DNA of 64,000 bases from Candidatus Hydrogenedentota bacterium. Its GTDB lineage: Bacteria; Hydrogenedentota; Hydrogenedentia; Hydrogenedentales; SLHB01. The position numbers and the translations under genes are program-made. The notes under the pieces are model-generated. The model ran no database searches. It had not been told where the DNA came from and saw nothing but the letters and a program-made list of their open reading frames with translations. The stretch is taken from NCBI GenBank assembly GCA_035450225.1, contig DAOTMJ010000004.1, positions 92,578 through 156,577 of the forward strand. Reading direction: 5' to 3'. Of the stretch, positions 58,849 through 64,000 are shown in pieces (position 1 is the first letter of the stretch; every line of letters begins with the position of its first letter).

Positions 58849-60078
58849 CTAATTTTGTTGCCGATCCTTCTCGGCGTTTTTGATGTAACCGATCAACCGC
58901 GCGAGTTCGTATGCGTTGGGCGTCGCTTTGTAAACGAGATAGAAGGCTACAATGGGTTCTCGCACCCGTGGCTCGGCATCCGCGAAGGCCAGCCAATTGA
59001 CGGCGTGGCCGACGTAACCGGGGTCGAGTTTCGGGCTGCCGGTGGTGCTGCCCATGAGAATACCGCCGCCAAGCCGCGCTATGCCGTGGATCACCATCGC
59101 GCCCACGCGCCGCAAGTCGTCCGCCGTAAAGATTTGCCCGTCGTGCGCCAGCGCCACCGGCAACGCCATGGTCAGGCCCGCGTGCGAGGCGTCCTCCCCG
59201 TTCACGTCTTCGCGGGCGCGCTCCTCCTTCACCGGATCGAGGGGCAACCAGTAACTCCAGTAATAGGCGCCGTCGGGGCTCGCGTACAACCGGTTCTTGA
59301 TGTAGCGCCCAAGGGCCAGCGCGCGATCGCGGTGGGTGGTATTTCCCGACAATTGCCACGAACGCCACAAGGCCCAGCCCATCGCGCTGAGCCGGTTGCC
59401 CGGCAACGGTTTGTTTTCGAGGACGTTTTCCTGGTCCATGCCGATGTAATGGCCCGCGCCCTCCTCGGGCCCGTCGCGCCATTGCCGGTCATGCACGGCC
59501 AGCGCGTCTGTAGCGCCTTTCGCGATGGACTGAAATGCCGTGCCGAGTTCCTCCAGAAACGCCGCATGATCCCGCGCAAGCAAGAGAAACTCGAACATGG
59601 GCGCGGTGATGATGCCCGTGTGAACCGCGTGGACGGCCCGCCCGCGCTCGGCGAACTTGTCACAACCCCACGCCGCCACGACACGCCCCGTGAACAAGGA
59701 CTTGCCAATCTTGTCGTCCGTAACCGCCAGCGCAGCCTCGATGCACCGGCGGTTGGCGCGCAGATATTTGGCGTCGCCCGTAGCGCGGTACATGTCGTTC
59801 AACGACATCATGCGGTACGACAACCCCCACGCGATGCCGCCGGAATCGTTCGAGATCTTCTGAATGGCCTTGTCGAGATTGCCGCCCATGTAGAGTTCGT
59901 CGTACCGGGCCGCCGTCGCGTATTCCCCGAGCGACGACGGCTGAGCCGCCTTCGGAAATTCCTTTTCAAACCGGGCGATATAGTCCTTGTCCGCGGCATC
60001 GTCGGCCCATGTAAATCCGGCCCATGCAAATCCGGCCCATGCGAATACCGGAAGCGCAAACCAGAGAAATGATTTCAT
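58849..60078 (-). CDS. Secreted hypothetical protein, alpha/alpha-toroid glycoside-hydrolase-like (family unknown)
   Basis: Signal peptide MKSFLWFALPVFAWAGFAWAGFTWA with GGAG 8 nt upstream. The mature region resembles six-hairpin glycosidase folds. Confidence 0.45.
   Translation of the reverse strand: MKSFLWFALPVFAWAGFAWAGFTWADDAADKDYIARFEKEFPKAAQPSSLGEYATAARYDELYMGGNLDKAIQKISNDSGGIAWGLSYRMMSLNDMYRATGDAKYLRANRRCIEAALAVTDDKIGKSLFTGRVVAAWGCDKFAERGRAVHAVHTGIITAPMFEFLLLARDHAAFLEELGTAFQSIAKGATDALAVHDRQWRDGPEEGAGHYIGMDQENVLENKPLPGNRLSAMGWALWRSWQLSGNTTHRDRALALGRYIKNRLYASPDGAYYWSYWLPLDPVKEERAREDVNGEDASHAGLTMALPVALAHDGQIFTADDLRRVGAMVIHGIARLGGGILMGSTTGSPKLDPGYVGHAVNWLAFADAEPRVREPIVAFYLVYKATPNAYELARLIGYIKNAEKDRQQN
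60004..60048. repeat. Imperfect 15-bp tandem repeat x3 inside the signal-peptide coding region
   Basis: ggcccatgtaaatcc / ggcccatgcaaatcc / ggcccatgcgaatac, encoding the WAGF(A/T) repeats. Confidence 0.6.
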
Positions 60079-60220
60079 TGATAATCTCCATTGAGCGATT
60101 GCCGCAAATGCCATGGAAGGACTATATCCCGCATGGGGCAAACAGCGCAATGCCCGGAATGCGTTCGCTTGAGCCGACCTTGCGCGTTGCGGTATGGTCT
60201 TGCCGAAGGAGAACCGACGC

Positions 60221-60670
60221 ATGATTATGGATGTCTTGTCCCGGTGGAACCATTACTACTGGCTGAACGAGCGGTTCGAGGAGTCGTTTCGTTTTCTCGA
60301 AATGCTGGCGCCCGGGACGCCCGACGGCCGGCACGACATTGACGGCGACAATGTTTATTGCATGATTCAATCCTATGAAACCAAATCGCGCGAGGGGCAA
60401 CAGTTCGAGGCGCACCGCCAGTACGCGGACATCCAGATGGTCCTGGAAGGGGAGGAATCCATTCTATGGGCGCCGGCCGACGGGCTGGAGACCGTCCGTC
60501 CGTACGAGCCCGATATCGCGTTTTTCGCGCTGACGCCCACACCCGCCGAACTCGTGCTGACGCCGTCCGTCTTTTGTGTGTTCTTTCCCCAGGACGCGCA
60601 CGCGCCCTGCCTCCGGCATGGCGGCATAACCCGCGTACGCAAAGCGGTTGTGAAAGTACGTATCTCCTGA
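60221..60670 (+). CDS. YhcH/YjgK/YiaL (DUF386) family protein
   Basis: RWNHYYWLN…HRQYADIQMVLEGEE…FFPQDAHAP cupin-like pattern of the family. AAGGAG 9 nt upstream. Confidence 0.7.
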   Translation: MIMDVLSRWNHYYWLNERFEESFRFLEMLAPGTPDGRHDIDGDNVYCMIQSYETKSREGQQFEAHRQYADIQMVLEGEESILWAPADGLETVRPYEPDIAFFALTPTPAELVLTPSVFCVFFPQDAHAPCLRHGGITRVRKAVVKVRIS

Positions 60671-60743
60671 CCGGCATGTTATCGAGGAGCGCCGATTCGC
60701 CATGCGCGGGAAATGGAGATATAAAAACAGGGGGGACAAATAA

Positions 60744-61268
60744 ATGGCACCCGTTTATTTTGTGGACGGATACAACGTGATCCATCACTCGACGCGGTTG
60801 CGCCCGCTGGCAATCGAAAGTTTCGAGCAGGCCCGCGACGCCCTCATTGAACACGTGGGGCGGTTTTGCGTGGCCACCGGCCACACGGTCAAGATCATCT
60901 TCGACGGGTGCGGCCGCCGCGCCGAACCGGCGCCGCCCCTAAAAGGCATCAAAGGGCTTGAGGTATTGTATTCCCCGGGCCATCAAAGCGCCGACGCGTT
61001 GATCGAACGGACCGTCTACCAAACGCCGAACCGGCGCAACGTTATCGTGGTCAGCAGCGACCGGGGCATTCGCGACCTGTGTCGCGGCCTTGGCGCGATG
61101 GTCATGGATGCGGACATCTTTCTCGACACCATCGGCGAGTCCGAGTCCGAAACCCGCGCCGCAATGGTTCATCTTCAGCGGGCCGACACGCTGAACCGCA
61201 TCGAAAACCGCCTCGGCGAAGCCAACGTCTCCCTTCTCGAACAACTGAAGCGGAAGCTCAAAACATAG
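60744..61268 (+). CDS. NYN (PIN-like) domain protein, YacP/Rae1 family
   Basis: YFVDGYNVIH, KIIFDG, and VVSSDRGIRD blocks. Confidence 0.7.
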   Translation: MAPVYFVDGYNVIHHSTRLRPLAIESFEQARDALIEHVGRFCVATGHTVKIIFDGCGRRAEPAPPLKGIKGLEVLYSPGHQSADALIERTVYQTPNRRNVIVVSSDRGIRDLCRGLGAMVMDADIFLDTIGESESETRAAMVHLQRADTLNRIENRLGEANVSLLEQLKRKLKT

Positions 61269-61433
61269 CGTCTACATGCCCCGATAGCGGCTTGGCGTGG
61301 CGATCCACACGGTTCCCGTCCCGGAGGAAAAGAAATACAGCCGCCGCCGTCACGGGAGAAGCGGCACGCGCAATGACGGAAAATATACACGGTCTGCACC
61401 CCAATCGCCTGAATTGTTGTTTGCATTTTATGC

Positions 61434-61462
61434 TTGCCAGAACGGGATTTTCCGGCTATAAT
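61434..61462 (+). promoter_or_regulatory. Near-consensus sigma70 promoter TTGCCA-N17-TATAAT
   Basis: -35 5/6, 17-nt spacer, perfect -10. The next plus-strand start codon is about 195 nt downstream (61664), implying a long structured 5' leader with hairpins such as gcggg-aat-cccgc. Confidence 0.5.
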
Positions 61463-61663
61463 AACTATTTGCGCGAAAACGCCGTTTCGGGATCATGGGC
61501 GCATATGGACGGTTATCCTGCGCGGTTCCGATGCGTGTTTTGGTGTGAATCACTCGGAAAAGGCGGGAGTTTTCGGGCGTTTTTCGGTGGTTTGGCATCG
61601 CGGGAATCCCGCATCGTGATTTCCCGCGGCGGTGAATAGTTTCAGGGGACAAGGAATTTTGGT

Positions 61664-63499
61664 ATGCGGCATACGGCAAGTATGGTCGCGGCGATGGAGG
61701 GCATCAGTCGTCCGGCTTTTTTGATCGCCCGCGAACTAGCCAACAACAGCCGTTCAGGATTGACGGTCCGATTCTTGTCGAAGAAACTCGACTTGCCGGA
61801 AGAGGAAGTCGAGTATCTGGTGGACATCAATCACAAGTTTCTTTTTACGGACCTGACGAAGATCAAGATCGTTTCCGAGGGTCTGAACGCCGTCGGACGC
61901 ATTACCGTTGGCCTCGAAAACCACGGCGACATTCCGTCGTTGTTCCGTTACGTCAAACTGCTCGGCCCGCAGGAATTCCGCCATCTCGAAGAATTCCTTG
62001 ATCTTGAAAGCCCCTGCACGAAAAAGGAACTGGTCGAGTCGCTGGTCGCTCGCGCGTACCAGCACCCGGATTCGGTCATCACCTATGTGGCAACGGGCGG
62101 TTTCTCGCATACGGCGCGGGAAGTGTTCGATATCGTCTGGAACTCGAAGGAGGGCGTCATGCCCGTGTCAAAGATACGCGCGGCGCACGGCGGTTCGGAA
62201 TACGAGGTCGAGCAGGCGCTGTGGGAACTGTTCCGCGGGATGGCCCTGTTCGAGATGTTCCGGTTCGACGCCGAGGACCGTCTGGTGCGCGTGGCGGGGC
62301 TGCTCTCGGAAATCCGGCAGTATCGCGAATCACTCGGACACATCGCCGGACAGAAGGCTCGGCCGAAAGCGCATCGCGGCACGCCGGCGTTTGTCGAGTC
62401 AAACGGCCTGCGTTTCACCGACATGATTTGCCGGCTTGTGGCGGCGTTGGCGGCGCGGCCCGCGCGGTTGCGCAGCGATGGCGAGTTGTTCCGCGAGGAC
62501 CGGCGGCGGCTGGCGGACATCTGCCCGGAAGAAACGGAGCCTTCGCTGAACACATGCCTGTGGGCGGCCCAAGGCGTGGGCTGGCTCGCGCGCGTGGACA
62601 ACGAGCTTCGCGCGGGCGAACTCGAGCCGTTGCTCTCGCTGGGTCCCATCGAGCGCCATCGAATTCTGTGCGACTGGCTGCTTTCGTCGGACACGGAGTC
62701 GTGCCCGCGGCGGCTCATTGCCCGTATCATGGAAGAACTCAGGCCCGGCACGTGGTACTCGGTGATCGAGGTGGCGCGGTTTGGGCTGGCCATCCAGTCC
62801 GAAGACGATCAGCCGTTGCTGAAATGCGCCGGCGCGCATTGGCATTACGCGAGTCCGGGCGCCTTGTCGCATTCCGAGCGGAGTCTGGTTCATGCGCTCG
62901 AAACGGCGCTTGTCTGGCTCGGATTGGTGGACCGCGCCGAAGAGGATGCGGAAAGCGTGTTCATGCTGACGGCGCTGGGCGAGCACATACTGCTCGAACG
63001 CCCGCCGGATGGACTCGAGGGCCTGTTTTCACAGCACGACGCGACGATCGTCGTGCAGCCCAATTTCGACGTCGTCGTGCCGACGCAGGACATGGATCCC
63101 TTGTTGACCGTGCCGCTTGACCAGTTCGCGGTGCGATCGAGCGTCGGCCAGGCGACCGTCTACCATCTCGAAAAAAACCAATTCACGCGGGCCATCCAGG
63201 AAGGACATGACGCGAACGCCTTTGTCGAGTTTTTGATCGCGCACAATCGGGGCGGCGCGCTGCCGTCGAATGTGATGACCACGCTCGAGGATTGGCGCGG
63301 CGGCATGAAACGCGTCCGCCTTCGCACGCTGCACGTCGTCGAATCCGACGACGCCCTCGTGCTGGCCGACTTGCTCCATCGCCGGCGTTTCAGGAAATTT
63401 CTCTCGCCCGTCGAGTCGCATCGTGTCGCCGTCTATGCGAAGATTGACAAGGCCGAACTCGAAAAACTGCTCGAAAAAGACGGGTTTATCGTTGAATAG
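61664..63499 (+). CDS. Hypothetical 611-aa cytoplasmic protein with C-terminal XPB-N-terminal-like (Helicase_C_3/damage-recognition-like) domain, no ATPase motifs
   Basis: The C-terminal blocks ATIVVQPNFDVVVP and TVYHLEKNQFTRAIQEGHDANAFVEFLIAHNRGGALPSNVMTTLEDW resemble the XPB N-terminal domain. No Walker A/B was found anywhere in the protein. Confidence 0.5.
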   Translation: MRHTASMVAAMEGISRPAFLIARELANNSRSGLTVRFLSKKLDLPEEEVEYLVDINHKFLFTDLTKIKIVSEGLNAVGRITVGLENHGDIPSLFRYVKLLGPQEFRHLEEFLDLESPCTKKELVESLVARAYQHPDSVITYVATGGFSHTAREVFDIVWNSKEGVMPVSKIRAAHGGSEYEVEQALWELFRGMALFEMFRFDAEDRLVRVAGLLSEIRQYRESLGHIAGQKARPKAHRGTPAFVESNGLRFTDMICRLVAALAARPARLRSDGELFREDRRRLADICPEETEPSLNTCLWAAQGVGWLARVDNELRAGELEPLLSLGPIERHRILCDWLLSSDTESCPRRLIARIMEELRPGTWYSVIEVARFGLAIQSEDDQPLLKCAGAHWHYASPGALSHSERSLVHALETALVWLGLVDRAEEDAESVFMLTALGEHILLERPPDGLEGLFSQHDATIVVQPNFDVVVPTQDMDPLLTVPLDQFAVRSSVGQATVYHLEKNQFTRAIQEGHDANAFVEFLIAHNRGGALPSNVMTTLEDWRGGMKRVRLRTLHVVESDDALVLADLLHRRRFRKFLSPVESHRVAVYAKIDKAELEKLLEKDGFIVE

Positions 63500-63518
63500 G
63501 CAGACAACCGGGCTCCGG

Positions 63519-64000
63519 CTACCGGTCGCGATGGACGATAAATGCCGCCAGGGCACGGAAGGAATCCGCCTCGGATCCAAACGTCCGTAGCGCGTCCAAG
63601 GCCTGTTGCACAGCCTCCTCGGCCCGTTGCCGTGCCCGATCCAGGCCCAGAATCGAGGGATAGGTCGCCTTTTCATTGGCGGCGTCGCTGCCGACGGGCT
63701 TTCCCATGGCCGCCTCGGAACCGGCGACATCGAGGATGTCATCGGCGATTTGGAAAGCAAGACCGGCGGCCTCGCCATACCGTGTCAAGGCGTCAAGCGT
63801 CGGGGCGTTCGATCCGGCGAGCAAGGCGCCGGCCCGCACGGATGCCCGGATGAGCGCGCCGGTTTTCAGCGTATGCGTTTCCCGCAATGCCTCGAAGCCG
63901 ATGCGATCGCCTTCATGCGCCATATCGAGCATCTGTCCGCCGACCATGCCCCATGCGCCGGCGGCGCAGGCAATCTCCTCGATGACTTGAAGCGCGGCGG
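63519..64000 (-). CDS. Polyprenyl diphosphate synthase (IspA/GGPPS-type), C-terminal part; 5' end beyond window
   Basis: KTGALI and second Asp-rich motif FQIADDILD, then GKPVGSDAANEKATYP. The frame stays open through 64000. Confidence 0.8.
   Translation of the reverse strand, partial: AALQVIEEIACAAGAWGMVGGQMLDMAHEGDRIGFEALRETHTLKTGALIRASVRAGALLAGSNAPTLDALTRYGEAAGLAFQIADDILDVAGSEAAMGKPVGSDAANEKATYPSILGLDRARQRAEEAVQQALDALRTFGSEADSFRALAAFIVHRDR

Noticed and set aside
1-64000. Searched intergenic regions for tRNA T-loop (GGTTCGAATCC-like), CRISPR repeats, and IS/transposase or integrase ORFs
   Set aside because: None were found by eye. An exhaustive scan (tRNAscan-SE, CRISPR finders) was not possible here.

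Overview
High-GC (about 63-65%) bacterial chromosomal window, densely coding, with two conspicuous low-GC islands (about 5970-6900 and 15940-16380). Secreted glycoside hydrolases, sulfatases, TPR/HEAT proteins and a polar flagellar gene set suggest a PVC-superphylum-like (Planctomycetota/Verrucomicrobiota/Lentisphaerota-type) glycan degrader, but this is weak inference only.

Gene content from left to right:
- Secreted CBM9-like protein (partial at the window edge), URO-D-family protein, NPCBM-GH27 alpha-galactosidase and a SAM methyltransferase.
- A TetR-MacA-MacB(ATPase)-MacB(permease)-NodT tripartite efflux operon.
- TsaE, TPR and HEAT proteins, and a sugar-phosphate isomerase.
- A Gtr-like lipid-linked glycosylation trio (GT-C membrane transferase, LAB_N protein, GT2).
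- Aldo/keto reductase, further secreted hydrolase-like proteins, a [2Fe-2S] Trx-like ferredoxin, KDPG aldolase, a GH140-like protein and two sulfatase-family proteins.
- A flagellar export/placement cluster fliQ-fliR-flhB-flhA-flhF-flhG with no fliP.
- CorC/CNNM transporter, GntR regulator, DEAD-box helicase, aguA-aguB polyamine pair, dapB, Ser/Thr kinase, rsfS, gatC/gatB, YhcH and NYN proteins.
- A polyprenyl synthase running off the right edge.

No rRNA, tRNA, CRISPR array, transposase or integrase was recognised.

Most notable non-genic or novel signals:
1. An approximately 100-bp repeat carrying a perfect 23-bp-arm palindrome, present at two divergent promoter regions exactly 20.1 kb apart, with a degenerate third half-copy in another divergent promoter.
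2. A tandem pair of paralogous Thr/Asp-rich small ORFs with strong Shine-Dalgarno sites next to a Ser/Thr kinase.
3. A candidate ~210-nt small RNA in an AT-rich island, bounded by an extended -10 promoter and a strong intrinsic terminator.
4. An unlisted 54-aa single-transmembrane ORF inside the flagellar region.
5. A 611-aa protein with an XPB-N-terminal-like domain but no helicase core, behind a near-consensus sigma70 promoter and a ~195-nt leader.
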